From Eledone cirrhosa (Eukaryota), in the NCBI GenBank assembly GCA_964016885.1, contig OZ024742.1, positions 119,846,001 to 119,910,000 of the forward strand: a DNA stretch of 64,000 nt, read 5' to 3'. The position numbers were made by a program, and so were the translations under genes. Positions 29,801-45,700 of the stretch are shown here, in pieces. Each line of letters starts with the position of its first letter. The first letter of the stretch is position 1. The notes beneath the pieces were generated by a model. That model ran no database searches. It was not told the origin of the DNA and was given only the letters and a program-made list of their open reading frames with translations.

Positions 29801-32800
29801 AAGAATGTTTTAAAAAATAAACAATAAATTGATTTAATGATATATATAATATTACAGTGATATAAATAACATGAATTTATTCAAAAGGGCATTCAGCACG
29901 AAACTCCTGGGCCTGTATCATCATGATGGATATATGCATATAGGTATGAAGCATATATGTGTGTGTGTTTATATATATATATATATCATCTTATATCAGA
30001 ATCAGTAGAGGAGTTAGAGAATAAATTCTGGCTATGGAAACAGAAGTTGGAATCAAGAGGCCTGAGAGTGAACATAGCTAAGACAAAAGTGTTGATAAGT
30101 AGAAAAGAGGACAAAACTCTGATTCATCAGGGAAATGGCCATGTTTGATATGCAGAAAAGGAACTGGCATAAATTCTATAAAATGTACACAATGCAGATC
30201 TTGGGTACACAAGAGATGTAGTGGGATAGCAGGTAAACTAACAGGTAGGGAAAACTATGTATGCAGTTGTTGTACAGGGAAATTTGACAGTAGAAATCAC
30301 AGTGATAGACACATTTTTCAAATGCAAGTAGGTTCTATAGAAGTGGTTGATAGCTTCTGGTATCTAGGTGATCAGATTAGCATGGGAGAGGGCAGGGTGT
30401 TCCGAGGCCATAGTATCTAGAATAAGGACAGATTGGAAGAAGTTTAGGGAGCTGCTTCCTCTGTTGACAAAGAAGAGTTTCTCGCTGCGCACGAAAGGCC
30501 AGTTATATGATGCCTGTGTGAGATGTGCGATGCTGCATGGTAGTGAGACATGGGCAGCAGCTGCAGATGATATGCGATGGCTGGAGAGAAATGAAGCAAG
30601 CATGCTCCGTTGGATGTGTAATGTCAATGTGTGTGAATGACCAAGCATAGATGAGTTGAGAGAGAAACTGTGTATAAAAGGGATAAGTTGTAATGCACGG
30701 GAGAGAAGACTGCGATGTTATGGACATGAGATGTGCATGGAGGATGACCGCTGGGTAAAGAAGTGCCAAAAAATCCCAGTAGAAGGAAGACGCATTAGAG
30801 GAAGGCCACTAAAAACATGGGCGGAGGTGGTGAGAGCTGACCTCAGATTGCTGAAGCTCACGGAGGAGATGATGAAGGACCGTGACAAGTGGAGAGATGC
30901 TGTGCTGAATAGGACCCATCCCACCCTTGCAAGCAGGGAAAAGCGGATGTAAAAAGATGATGATGATGATCATCATCATCATCATCATCATTTTACATCT
31001 GCTTTTCCCTGCTTGTATAGGGTAAAGACCTTCTTTTGTCATGAATGACCATGGAATTTAATTATGATTCAATATTTTTTAGATTGGAGTTTCTTTTTTA
31101 TCTACCAATTCTTTTCTAGTGAGAAAGATCGTTATGTTAATTGGAGAGATGTTTGGCGAGCTGATTACTACCAGCGAGCAATTCGTGTTGACGACTTTGT
31201 TTATACAGCACCTTATAGAAGAGGTATGATTTTATGGCTAACAATCATTTTAAAATTGAATTCATTAATTTATTCTATCATATTATTTTATAATATATTT
31301 TATTGTTAATAAAGGTGTATGTAGTTTCACTATAATCATATGACAGCTACCTCGGTACTGGTGAAAAAGTATTGTAGACATATAACATATATTTATAGTG
31401 GGTTTTACGTGCAGCCATTGCACCAGAGCAGCAAATGACCACAGCAAACAAGCGCTATCATATTCCGAGAAGGTTCGGTAGAAACAGTAGACAGTTTCTG
31501 TTACCTGGCTGACTAAATTAGCAGCAGAGGTGGGTGTTATGAAAGTACAGTAGCCATAGTGAGAACGGGGTGTAAGAAGTTCAGGGAGCTACTACCACTG
31601 CTACCTACAAACGACTTTTCCTCAAAATGAAAGGCAGACTGTATGATGCATATACACGAACAGTAAAATTGCATAATGGATTTGAATAGTAATATATTTG
31701 AACGGCAAGGCAGAAACAAACTGAGAGAGAAACTAGGCATAAGAGGAATCAGATGCAGTGTGCATGAGAGGAGATTGTGATGGTATGGGCATGTGATGCA
31801 TATGAAGGATGACAGCTATATAAAAAGGTGCAGAGCACTCCAAGTTGATGGAAGCCTTGGAGTGGGGGAGACCCAGGAAGACTTGGGATGAAGTGATAAA
31901 AGCTGATCTTGCTCAATTGCACCTCTCAAAGATGATGACGCAGGGCCAAGATCTCTGGTGTTATGCAGTAATACAGAAGACCCGCCTTCCCGTGGGCACA
32001 GGTGAAGCAGAAGCTTATATACAGTATGCACCACCTTCCAACTTTATCTCACTCTATCCTTCCATACCACTTCCATGAGGACAGGCTGAAGCATACATCT
32101 AGTGAAGCCTCCAGCCCACATAGTAAAGTGGTCATGATGGTAACACAAAAAGCACCCAGCCCACACTGTGAAGTGGTCATGTAAGTGTCACAACAAAAAG
32201 CACCCAGTACATACTGTAAATGTGGTTGGCATTAGGGAGGCTATCCAGCTGTAGAAACCAAGCCAAAATTAGTTCTGTAGGAGTAAGACATAGTTGCAAC
32301 AGGACAACTTGCTTAAACTGTGCTAGTGTGGAAAAATGAATGTTAAACGATGATGATGATGATGATATTTTATATTATTATCCGGCTTGGTTCAAAGTTT
32401 AAATTGAAAATTTGAACATTTTAATAAAGACAGTTTGGTGCTTAAAAGGCTAGATAAGTATGAAATCTAAGTACTTTAAAAGAAAAATAAATGTTGATAT
32501 TCCTGGAACACTGGTGCTATATCATTTACAATCGAGAATGATTTATTAACTTGTTCCATACTTTTGCTAATGTCCAGATAGCCATGAACAGACAGAGACA
32601 CCCTTTCGTCCTTCAAACCCAGCAGAACATCCAATATGTAACAGCAAGAGGGAAAGAAGGCTGTATTAGTACTGTAAAGTACAGGTACTTTGTCAACTCC
32701 GAAAAGATTGGAAGGCACAGTTGACCTCGGTAGGGTTTGAACCCAGAATACAAAGAACCAAAACAAACCTATTGCTAGAACAACTCTATGTATCAGCCAC

Positions 32801-35800
32801 CTTATTTGTGGCATTTCAGAAGTAAATTGGTTGGGGGATTAAAAGTTGATTATACAAACACTTTATTTTATCAGCTCCTGAAAGACAAAAGGCAAAATTG
32901 TTATTCCTTCATTCCTGTAGAGTATTTTGATTAATATATTTGTGATAGAAATGCTAAATTCTTAATTTTGCATCAACAAATATTTTGATTTAATATATCT
33001 TTTGAATTAATTTGAAAACAAATGCTGAATATAAACTGAGTCTAAACACAATTCATATGAATTTTTCATGTTTTTCTTTTTTCGTTTTTTATAGGAGCAG
33101 TTGCAAATGGAACAGCACCACCAATAACTGTAGTGCGATCAATTAAAATAAACAATAATTTAAAAACAGCTGGTATGTTCTTTGATATAATTGCTATACA
33201 TTTTATATATATTTAAAAAGATTATTTTATAAATGAATGCATCATAGAAATATTCAATTGCGAAACAGTCAGATATCTCTCATCTGTATTTCATGTTGTT
33301 ATCATTATTGTTGTTGTTGTTGTTATGTTGTGTTGTGATAAATGGAGTATCTCTATGAATGAAATGAAGGGACCTCCATTGGTTTTGTCAAGTGTTCCAG
33401 TTATTTGACCAATGGAAAGGCCTGATTGTGAAATTAACATGCGAGTGGCTGAGCCTTTCACAGGCATGTGTAAACTTAATATAATTCTCAAAGAAATTCA
33501 GTGTGACACAGTGTGTGTGACTAGGCTGGTCCTTTGAATTGCCTATAAAGTCCTTCCAATGGGTTTCTAAGCAGTTTCATTCAACCTAATTTCACTCATA
33601 AGGCTTAAATCCACCCATGCAGTGATATCAAATTTGGAACTTTATGATTTCAAAGCAAACTTCCTGACCATTCAGCCATATTAGATATAAGAATGCAATC
33701 CCTACAGAAAGACAGTAGTACTGGTGACCATGACAAATGCACCCAATCTACTCTATAAGGTAGTAGTGCCTATGTCACAATAAAATGTTCTCAGTACACA
33801 CTGTAAAGTGGTTGGTGTTAGGAAGGGCATCCAGCTGTAAAAGCCATGCTCCCAGTACATGCTGTAAAGTGGTTGGCATTAGAAATGGCATCCAGCCATA
33901 GAAACCAAGCCCAAAAGGGAACATATGAGCAAGACATGGTCACAGACTAGTCTAGCTTCAGAACATGACAACCTATCTAACCCATACAAGCATGGAAAAT
34001 AGATGTTAAACAGTGATGATGATGATCACTGTAAATTGGCAGATGGCAAATAAAATTATGGTAACAGTAATGGAACAGTAGTCAAAGGATTGTGTTCAAT
34101 TGCCATGTGGTTTTTATTTCTTTGGGTTCATATATATTTATTTCAAATGCACTTTAAAAATTTAAAATAATAAATGTGTCAGTGTTAAAAAGTAGCATAG
34201 AACTCCCTAATATACAGGATTTTATGGAGATTTGAACTTGTTCAGATGCCTAGAATACTCCAGAACCTTTCAAGTAGGAAATATACTACAACTATTTATG
34301 ACACACTCTCTGAAGATCTCAGATGTCACTTGTAGAAATTCTTCAATATTATATAAAAACCATAGCTTGTGTAGCCAACTTGCTTGGATTTGGAGTGTTC
34401 TGGATGCCTCGGCAAGTTTAAAGCCCCTTGTAAACCTGCCAGTATTATGGTGCTCAGTGCTATTTTTAACAATGACACATTTATCTATTTATTTGTCTAA
34501 ACTTGAATCTCCTCCTCCCATGATCACCACCCTGCTCCAATGGCTCTATAGTAGTGCCAAGAGTTGTATGTGGGTTAACATGAAATACTCTGACTGGTTC
34601 CCCATCAACAGCAGGGTCAGACAGGGCTGCATGGCTGCCCCTGACCTCTTCAACTGTGTCATCGACTATCTGATGACCAAAGTCTGGGAGTGAGTTTCTG
34701 GCATTACCATCAGTAACTACCACCTTACTCGCCTGGAGTACGCGGATGACACCACTCTATTCAGCAACTCAATTGATCAGTTCAGGGATGCACTGACCAT
34801 ATACAAGGGGGAGTCAGCAAAGCTTGGCCTTCAGGTGAGCTGGGCAAAGACCAAGCTGGTGTATGTTGGTGGTGGCCCAAATCCTCTCCTGTTTCATACT
34901 GGCCCCGACATCATGGAGTTTGTCAGCACCTTTATTTACCTGGGCTCAGCAGTCACCAACAATGGAGACCTGACCCCATGAAAATATAATAGTATATATA
35001 GAATAATGTAAATGCTAAAGAGTTAAAGTAATCAGTTCATCTTCAGAATAAGGCAAAATACATATTTTAATTAGATTTTTAAAGAAAAGTTTCATTTAAA
35101 TGTTTGTTTGTTTTTCAGTGATCGGTGTTACTATGAATCACAGTAGAATAATGGAAGAACTGTTAACAGCTTCAGACTCTGGTAGTACTGACCAGAAACA
35201 TTGCCGTGAAAGTGAAAAATTAATATGTTATCTTTTGGATGATGGAGCTTTTGTTATTTCAACAAACCAAGAAGATAAACTTGGTGCAGTAAGTATATGA
35301 AGTTGTTTAATCTTGGCTCAGTCTTGATCAAGACAAACCAGCCATGACATGTATTCTAAACGACATTATCCAATGTGTCCTATTTTTATGATAGTAACTT
35401 GAATGAAATTTGGCTAATCTTCCAAACAGGTCGACCAACAGTAGAGGCTCCCTCATTACCTTAAAATATTGAATATGTTGAATGTGTCAAGATAACTCAA
35501 AAATTAAACTTATTAACAGTATATCATAGTAGTCATAAAATTAATATCTTAATCCAAGACTAAATTTCTGTGATATTTGTATTTGAGATATTAATGTTTC
35601 TGCAGGAATTGGTGCAGTGATGCACCAGTATCAGCATTCAATAATCAGAAGAAGGAAGGTAGGTATAAGAGTCAAACTCTCTATCTTCAATTTGGTATTC
35701 ATGCCAACCCTTACCTATGGTCATGAATCTTGAGTAATGACAGAAAGAATATGATTGTGAATACAAGTAGCCAAAATGGAGTTTCTTCGAAGAGTCTTTT

Positions 35801-38800
35801 GAGTAATGTTACTTAATAGAATACATAGCTCAGAGATCAGAGAGTCACTCCAAGTAGAGCTGCTACTTCTCCAAACGGAGGGATCACAGCTCCGATATCA
35901 TGGGCATGTGGTTAGAATGTTTCAGGGAAGAATTGTTGGACAGATTTTACAGGCAAATTCAGCCAGCAGGAGACCCAGGGGTAGACCCTGAGCAAGATGG
36001 TTGGATAACATCTATGAGCTTGGCTGGTCTTGCTTGGGTATCCAGCTGGATCAGTTGGAAACAGTTGCTTCTGGCAGGACCTGTTGGAAGGAGTGTTTGA
36101 GGACTTTGCCCCAATTATCCTCTCAGGAATAAGTGGGCAAAGAAGATGATTCTACAATTTTTATAGGAGAGCAGTTTATCTGAATAAGAACTAACTCACA
36201 CCATGACAACCTGTCCAAACCATATCAACATGGAAAGTGAACATAAGATAAATGATGATCAACAATTAAGAAATCAGATATTCTCTCAACTTCTAAAAAG
36301 AGCAACTGCTTTTGTTATTTTGTTTCACCAATTGTGCTATTTTACTTAAACAATTACAACAAAATATCGGTGGGTAAATTAAGCTATTACAACAAAGAAA
36401 CAAATTGTCTGTGTGCACATGTAAAAATCATATCAGTCCAGACAATCTCCTTCTAGTTATACAACTCATGTCAACCCTTTTGCATTTATCCAGCCATGTC
36501 CAGCCAAAATTGTCTCACCTCTTTCTGTTCAAACGGACCATAATGGGCTGCTCATACTTATGTTAAGGTATTGTTCTCAAAATAAATGATATCAAAATCG
36601 ATATTATGTGAGATAAAGTGTTTACCATGAAAATATAATAGTGAATATAGAGTAATGTAAGTGCTAAAGGGTTAATGAATGTCTATGGGGTATGTATAAC
36701 AGGTGGCGGTGTGGGTTGAGGGGGAATTTTGTTTTCATTTCATGTTTAGTTTGACATGAACTCAAATTGAACTCATTGAACTGTCAACACCTATCTACAT
36801 TTATTAAATTCTTTATATAGTAATATAAAAGTAAATTAACCGAAAGTTATTTATCTGGAGAATATGAATGCTGGTTTATAAATACTATCCAAAATCTAAG
36901 AAATATATATGTAAAAATATAACCCCTGAATCTTGTATAAAATTAAGAATAAATAAGCAACAAAAATAAGGTTTATAGTTTGGCAATACATTTATTTATA
37001 AATGTATTTTAGGTTAATTCAAAATGCAATTAAATTCTTTAACAATATGTCTTCACCCAATTGATTCTAACATGTCCAAAATTGGCTCTTGTTTTATAAA
37101 ATAAAACCACCCATTTTAAAGGATTCATATTTGGAATTAAATCTTCCAATATAATTTTATATAAGATCTTCTAATATAATTTATAAATCTTCCAATAAAA
37201 TTTTATATAAGAACCATTTGTTAAGTTACTGTCTTAGTAATGAGATAAGTTACATACCCTAACCCATAATTTTAGTTACTACCTACTAATGAAATAAATT
37301 ATAATTTAGTAAATTACATAAAATTCTTAATGAATGAGTTAATTGAAATATTTGTTAGCCTCACTTAAAACATGTATTAACCCTTTTTATACTAACCTAC
37401 CTGAAACCGTCCCTGGTTATGCAATGCAAAAGTACCTGTTTTAAAGTGTTCATATTTCCATCATAATTTTACATAAGAAATTTCTGTTCCAAACATCAGC
37501 TTAATAATGAAATGGTTTGTTATTTTACTGAATCCCTCCAAATTCTCGACTATTTTCAAAGATATTTGAAAATCATAGGCAGTGTTTTTCATTAGGAATG
37601 TGCTAACAAAAACGTTAACAACCTAAAAGTATAGAAGTTTTTTTTAGAGGGGGGGGGGGGATATATTTAAAATGTCCTTTCCTTCCAATCTCCTAAGAAT
37701 TTGTCTAAACAGTGAAAATTGATAGCATTTCACTTTATTTGAAATTATTTTTCAATTATTTATCAATGAAAGATAGGTAAAACTTGTATGTATAAAAAGC
37801 AACTTGTATTTCTGAAGTTAAAAGCCAAAATATTTTTCTGCTGAATGTACACAAGAGGTGAGATTGAAAATTTGCTTTGGAATGAAGCAAATGTCACACA
37901 TTCTTACCATATATCTCTATTTTAGATTTGAAGTTCTCTAGCTAAATAAGGAATCTACTACAATTTTAAAGTACATTTATTTATTTTGCCATTCTATTTT
38001 ACCTCAGGTTGGGCAATTCTTGGGTGATGTTGACCAAGGTTTGATGTTTGGTCTACTTAATCAAACTGTCTATGTAAAGTAAGTTCATCTTTCAATAATT
38101 TCATTCCTTCATAGTGAATAATCTGTGCTTTAAATAAAAGATACATTTATTTGTTTCCTTATAATTGTTTTAAACATTATTAGTGACCCCCAGTTGTGTC
38201 AATGGCATCTGATGGAATATGACACCATGCATAAGCACAGAGGTCCCTGGACTACTGGGATATCAGTGGCTCCACATCAGTACTTTATCTATATGGACCT
38301 GTCCAACCCTTGCTAGCAAGGAAAGTAGACGTTAAAATGACAATGATGATAATATATATATATTAGTATCAGTGCTCTGAAATAGAGATGTATACATGAA
38401 TGTATGTACAGTATATTTGGCAATATACTGTATGCTTATTTAAAAACATTTTGAAGACCATTCGCTATGAGTTTTAAAGGAGTGACTATGTCATTTACTT
38501 GATCTCTGTAAAACCAAAGGGAAGCAACCAACGGCCATTTCTTGCTTGTTAGCAGTTATCAAGATTGCATATCCCTTTTCTTCTGCCAAGATTAATAGAA
38601 GCTGGATTCTTATAGAATTCCAGTGATGTTTAAGAGCTGATTAAGCAGAGCAGTTGCCGGTCCAGCGAAAATTAGGAATTAGTATCAGTGCTCTGAAATA
38701 GCGATGTATGTATAGTATATTTGATAATATACTGTATGTTTATTTAAAAACATTTTGAAGACCATTCGCGATGAGTTTTTAAGTAGTGACTGAAAATGTT

Positions 38801-39736
38801 TTAAAATAAACATACAGTATATTATCAAATATACTATACACACACACACACATATATATATATATTATATATATGAAAAAGAAGTTGAAAATGTAATTGG
38901 AGTTTTATTATTGTAAAGAAAGAAAGCATTATTGTAAATTAACCTTCTTAAAGACTCCAATTGAATTTTCAACTTCTTTTTCCTATATCTTTACCTGTGT
39001 AGATATATTAAAAACACCTTACTTTTGAATATATATATATATAAGTACACCTCACTGTACAATAAAGTATATCTGTATATATACAGTGGGTAACTGAGAC
39101 TGCACCAATGTGTATATAAGTATTACACATTTTTAATATATAGACATGTAAACATGTATTATCCCACTTTTTTCTGCTTTTTTGTTTATTTTTTCTATTT
39201 TTTCTCTGATTACTTTCTTTCAGTAAACTGTTAATCTTTTAATTATTGATTACAGCTGTAAAAATATATATTAAAACTACAATATACTATAACTACAATG
39301 TCTATGTATTACTAAAACTCTGTGATTGTTTATTTATCTGTAATTTAATACAGTCAAAACGGTACATAATGGAAAAATACTTTGAAAGAAAGTTGCCCCT
39401 GAAATTGGAATACAAATGGAATAAAACAAGTTTCGCGTAAATTGGAGCACGGGTTTCTGAGATACAACTTTTTTCTGGATACCTTCATGAATAGAAAGAG
39501 AGAAAGAGATAGTGGTTGTGAGAGAGTGGATTGAAGGAGAGACATTGAGGGAGAGAAAGAAGGAGACAGAGAAGGAAATGGAAGAGAGAGAGAGAGAGTG
39601 AGAGCGAGCTTTTGGTGCTGTTGAATGAAATTATAACACATGACTTCAAAGAATCGAATGCAGCATTACTGTACCTAGCCCGAATTTGGGGACTGAATAT
39701 TAAGTCATACGTATCATATAACTTGTGTTCGGACAT

Positions 39737-39788
<52 letters not shown>

Positions 39789-42700
39789 TGTATATTTATA
39801 TATATATACACACATATATATATGTATACACACACACACACACCCATATATATATACATATATATATTTATGGGCCTTCCAATTTCATTTTACATTATAT
39901 GTCTGTGCTTATTTTAATTATTTAAAAATTCTTTTTATGTGAACATGATTTTTTTTTTTTTTTAAGTGAATGTGACACGCCTGTGAAAAATATATTGAGT
40001 CAGTAACTCAGTAGTGTTTCTTTTCTTCGAAAGAGTATTTGCTATGCAAAGCACATACAATTTTTTTATTTTTTTATTTTACAATAGACACCATTGGAAA
40101 GACAAATGAGAGTTTATAGAAAATGATTTGATTTTATTGACTGTTTGTGTTATGCAGCTGATTGTTATCAATATTTTATTTCACATAACATGTCAATCCT
40201 TTATATTTAGCCAAATTGACATTTTTTAACATATGAATATAATTTGTTCATCTCTTTTGCTTTCATATTCTTGAAATCTTTTCAACTTTCTCATTTATAT
40301 CATCTCAACTTTTTAATTTTCATTTAGACATGAAGTATCTGATTTTCAAGCAACATGTCAGAGAAAAGTTAAACCATCAGCTGGGGGTTTGAAAAACATT
40401 CGTGTGGTAAATATTTTACATGTTTTGAAAAATCTAAAGTAACTTTTAAACTCACTTGATCTTATTTAGTAAAAATGTCATTTCTGTAGTTTGTAGCTAG
40501 GCACCCCATTCTAACATTTATTACTTGGCGCTCTCTTGATTTAAATATTAACTATCCTAAGGGGGGTGGGGTGGGGTGGATTGGTAGAATTAGTAGAGCA
40601 TCAGATAAAATGCCATTGCAGTATTTGTTCTGGCTCTTTATATTTTGAGTTCAATTCCTGCCATGGTCAACTTTGATTTTGATCCTTCTTGGGTCAATAG
40701 AATAAAGTACTAGTCAAGTACTGGGGCTGATTTAATCAATTTTGTGCTTGTCTAAAATTTTCTGGACTTATGTCTATAGTAGAAATCAATATCAGCTATC
40801 CTATATTTGTTGACTGAATAAAAGGGAACAAAAACAATTAAATATATACATATATATTAATCTCATTTTAATGTATTCTTTAATAACAAAATATGTATTA
40901 TTTTATTATGTTTCAGCTGACAAAATGGGGAATACATTACCATGGAGGATAGTGAAAATGTGCTGAAAGAGCCAGTCCATCTTATGGGCTTTGTTCTTGC
41001 AGATGATCTTCTGTCTTTTAATCAAAGGGGAGGTGGTTTGGGGGCCCAAGACACTAGATGTTTCTACTATTATGAGTTCAGCAAGAAATCTATCAGTGGG
41101 CATTTGGTACTTTGTTAGCCTGCGATCTTCAGCTTAACAGGCAACAATGTTTGAGTCTGACACCGATTTCACCAGGTTGGCATCGGAGAAGATATTACTA
41201 CAAGTCATATCCTCAGAGCAGTAAGATTAGGTTGTCTGGCTTTTTCCTGCCCCTTGGCTTGAACCTACTAGTTCCAGCTGCTTAATATATTTAATGTTAA
41301 ATTAATATTTAATCTACCTGTGATCAACTGTAATAAAGGCTACTGGTGTTATCACTTAAAGAAGAGTATTGATCTAATAATTATAGAGTATCTGGTTCAC
41401 ACCTATTATCTCTATCTTTATTATATAAACAAAACTACAAACATTTAATGTATCAAACAAAATCAGTTAAATTCATGAACTGCAAGCATATGAGTTCACA
41501 ATGTTTGGAAGTAGTTTAGCCCTTTAGCATTTACATTACATTTACTTTTGTATTTTCATGGTAAAGGTTCTACTTCACATAATTATCTCACATAATATCG
41601 AATCTATGAGATTTTGATATTATTTATTTTGAAAAGCATACCTTAACATCAGTATGAGCAGCCGATTAAAGCAGGTTTGAACAGAAAGAGATGAGAGAAA
41701 TCTTGCCGGATATGGCCAGTTTAAATGCTACAGGGTTAGAGATGATTACTTACAATCAGATGCAACTCTTTATCATGTGTAATAAAAACAATCTAATTCA
41801 GGATGCAGACCACCTTCTTGAAAATGTGTGTGCTGTGTGTATATAACTCACAACTTTAATAATTGGCTGAACTAGTCACAAATTGTCCTTTCAATAAAAC
41901 TTGGATTAAAATGTAGATTAAAACAGCTGAAATAAAGCTCCAGTATACTTTACCTTCTTATAACGGTGGAGTGATAAAAACAAAATATTTCTTTATAATT
42001 TTCTAATTTTTTATTTTAAAACATTTTTCTTTACAGCCTTCAGTGAACTTATTGTATGATATGTTAAATTTGAAATGGTGGTTTAACAAAGTAGCATGGT
42101 GAGTAATATCAATTTATATTTGATTACATCTTGAATCATATAACATCACCATTGTTGATCAAATATACTAAATTAAGAATTTACACAATAAATTTTTAAC
42201 AGGAATGTGTGGTGTATATATATATATTTTAAAGGAGCATTTCATACTTATATACTCCTCCGTCTTAGCAATATTATATAGATGTAGTAGTCCTATTATA
42301 ATTACCAGTTTAGCAGAGTTATAGAAGTAGTAATGTAATAGTTATAGCACCATGAGTAACCAGTTCGGTAGAAAGATATGATAGGAACATCGACAACGAC
42401 TTTGGCTTGTTTTACATTATTTATTAACAAGGTTGAGCTGAGTAGAGCTGAGTAGAGCTGAGTAGAGCAGGCATCCCAAGAGAAATAAAACAAACGAATT
42501 AAGATTTCAGAAAGGGACGGTCTACTGGCTGAAGTGTTGCCAGGCCATGGTTAAATTGTTGTGTTACATATTGGCCAGTGATTTCACGGCGAAAGAAAAG
42601 CAGTTGTTTACCTTAGCGCTATCGAGGTGCAAGAGAGAGATTTCCCTGCAGGGCGCGTAGAGATACATTCTCCTCCGCTGGCGGTCATTGGCTGGGCTGA

Positions 42701-45700
42701 GCCAAATAACGGAATGTAGGTCACTACAAATTAATATTTTAAATCACATAAACTATTCAGAATTTATTAAAAATGATCTTAATTATTTTTATATGAAATT
42801 ATTCAATTGACAGATTTTTGTCAAAACAATATTACTTTTTGTTCATATATTTGTTTCATTCAAATCAGAGAATCAACCATGCTACCTGCTTCTGTTTTTT
42901 TCTTTTCTCCTCTCTTTTCCTCTTCCTTTTTTTTTGTTTTCCCTTCCTTTATATTATATTTGTTTGTAAGCATTGTATTATTATATTTCTTTTTTTATAC
43001 AACTGTAAATAAAGAGTTCTTAATGAGTCATTAAAAAAGTGTTAAGTCTAATCTGTGTTAGAAATGAGAGGAAATTCTTTCAAAAGAAAAAAATTGTACA
43101 TCTGCTATTTATCATATACATTATATTTTCAAATAGCAATACTAAAGCTTGATCATTTTCTTTTCATTTTAGGTCATATTTTAGTTTTAATATATACAAG
43201 TAAGTCAGTCTATTTTATTATTATTATTTATATTATGAAATATAAAAAATAAAAAAAATATAAATTATTTTGTTAATATTGCATTATGTGTAAATGGTCT
43301 TTTTCTTTTCTGATATTGTCTATGTCCTATTGTATATTTATGTACACTTGCTTTTTAGTTACTTAATGTTATTTAAATCATTTTTTTTTTACATAAAAAA
43401 TGTTATGATTATATGAATTTCAGAAGGAAATATAATAGCTGCTTCAAATCCTTAGTTACCATCATTTCATATCAGAATTACTTATGAACTAAGAATTGTC
43501 ATTGTCATTGTTTTCATGTCCTTTTTTCCCTGCTTGAATGGGTCGGATGGATCTTCTTCAGCAGAGCATCTCTCCATTCACCACTTTCCTTCATCATCTC
43601 TGTGAATGTCAGCAATTTGAGATCAGCTCTCACCACCTCTCCCCAGGCCTTCCTTGGTATACCTCTACTGCAGCTTCCTTCCATTGGGATTTCCTGGAAC
43701 TTTTTCACTCAGAAATAATCATCCATGCGCATCACATGTTTGTACCAACACAGTCTTCTCTCTTGCATTCGATTTCAGATTTCTCTAATAACTAACTTTT
43801 TTCCTCAGGAAAAGTCTTAATATTTATTACAATCCATTTATCTCATCTTACAAGTAAGAAATCAATTTGGCTTATCTGTTCACCTGATTGGTATGTGATC
43901 AGATGGCTAACAAGTTTCCTGAAATTTATTTTGTAAATGGTTAGTTCATTTGTGTCACAGAATTCCAGCACTCTCACACCTTCTTCATTTCTTAAGCCAT
44001 AACCATAGTTGCTGAATCCATCCTGGTACTGTCCCACACATTCATTGAAGTTGTCTGCCAGGATAATGAGGTCTCTTTCATCAATAACTGAAGTTGTTTG
44101 TAAAAGTTCCTCATAGGACCTGTCTTTTAGTCTTTACTCAATCCTGCCTGTGGTGCATAGGCAGATGTAATTGTCATCATTCTATTTCCTACTGCTATTA
44201 TAAGCATGATAATTCTGTCACTTATTCTAACTACCTCTATCACCTTATCTATCCATGTCTCAGCTAGTAGAATGCCTACACCAACTACCCCATCATCATT
44301 TCCTACCCAATAAAGTTTGTTTCTAAGTTGTTTGCCTGGGAGTAGTTTCACGGAAGCACTCCTCCATCTCACCCCTTGTGCACAGCATACATCCACTTCT
44401 CTCTTCTCTAACAGCTCTACAATTTCACCTGATTCACCTTTCAGGATGCCAACATTGCAGATGACAGTCCTGAGATTTGTACGTTGACAGTTGTTAGTTC
44501 CTTGAGTAGAAGTTCTATGTATCTGAAAGGGAAAAAGGTTTGATAATGGTCGAGGGGTTCTCACACATGGCTACACTAGCCACCCCACTACCGTGCACAG
44601 CACTAACATGACTAGTATTAGCCCTGTACACGCAATTAGTGTTAATATTTGTTGTGCTTTCCATAATTTTGGCAGGGTTTTTTTCTGGCTGAATGCCCCT
44701 CCCATCACCAGCCACTTTATAGCATGGACTGGGTGCATTAGTTGTGCCACCAGCACTAGAGAGGTTGTCAACAGTGTGCTCCACCCTGTATCAGTTTTTA
44801 TTTGGAGCGCCTACTCTCCTAAACGGGGATATCATCACTACAATGTATGGAGTCCACGTCAGCCCCATACAGTCGTGTTTAATCAAAGTCACTGCTTTCC
44901 TAGATGAGTTGCCTTCACTATGGCTTGTGGAGTCCATATCTGCCCTGAATGTCTGTGAATAGGAGTGATAAAATTTAAAGAATCTAGAGAAGGGAGGAAA
45001 TATTACAAAAATTTGGTCCAGTATTTTATTTTTTATTTGATATTCATAATTATTCAAAACTACAACTATATATCTTTATTTAATAATAAACAACAAAACT
45101 TAAACAAAGCAATATTTTATATATTTTATTTGTAATATTGAAAAAGAAAGAACAGCTTTAATTAATTATTGGTGGCCTCTGGGACAAGGAAGTCATGTGG
45201 AGATTATATGAATATTGTATTGAACAAGAGCATTTTTCACTCAGTAGAATCATTAGAGCATTGGAAAAAATGCTTTATTCTTTATGTTCTGAGATTAACC
45301 ATACTTTTTATTATCTGATGGTTGGTAGGATAAAGTACCAGTCAAGTACTAGGTTCAATTTAATCAACTTTTCCCCTCTCTCCAAATTGCTGGCCATGAG
45401 CCTATATTAGAAACCATTATTATTATTGGATTGGCAGTATCGGTAGAGGGTCGGACACTATGCTTTCCAGCATAGTTATGTCCCTTTACGGTCTGAGTTC
45501 AAATCCCGTCGAGGTTAACTTTGCCTTTCATCCTTACAGGGTCGATAAAATAAAGTACTAGTAATGCACTGGGTAATTGCTGGCCTTTTGCCAAATGTAG
45601 AAACAATTATTATTATATTAGAAATACACTAGACACACTCACACACACACACATATATATATATATAAACACACACACATAGACACACATACACCCAAAT

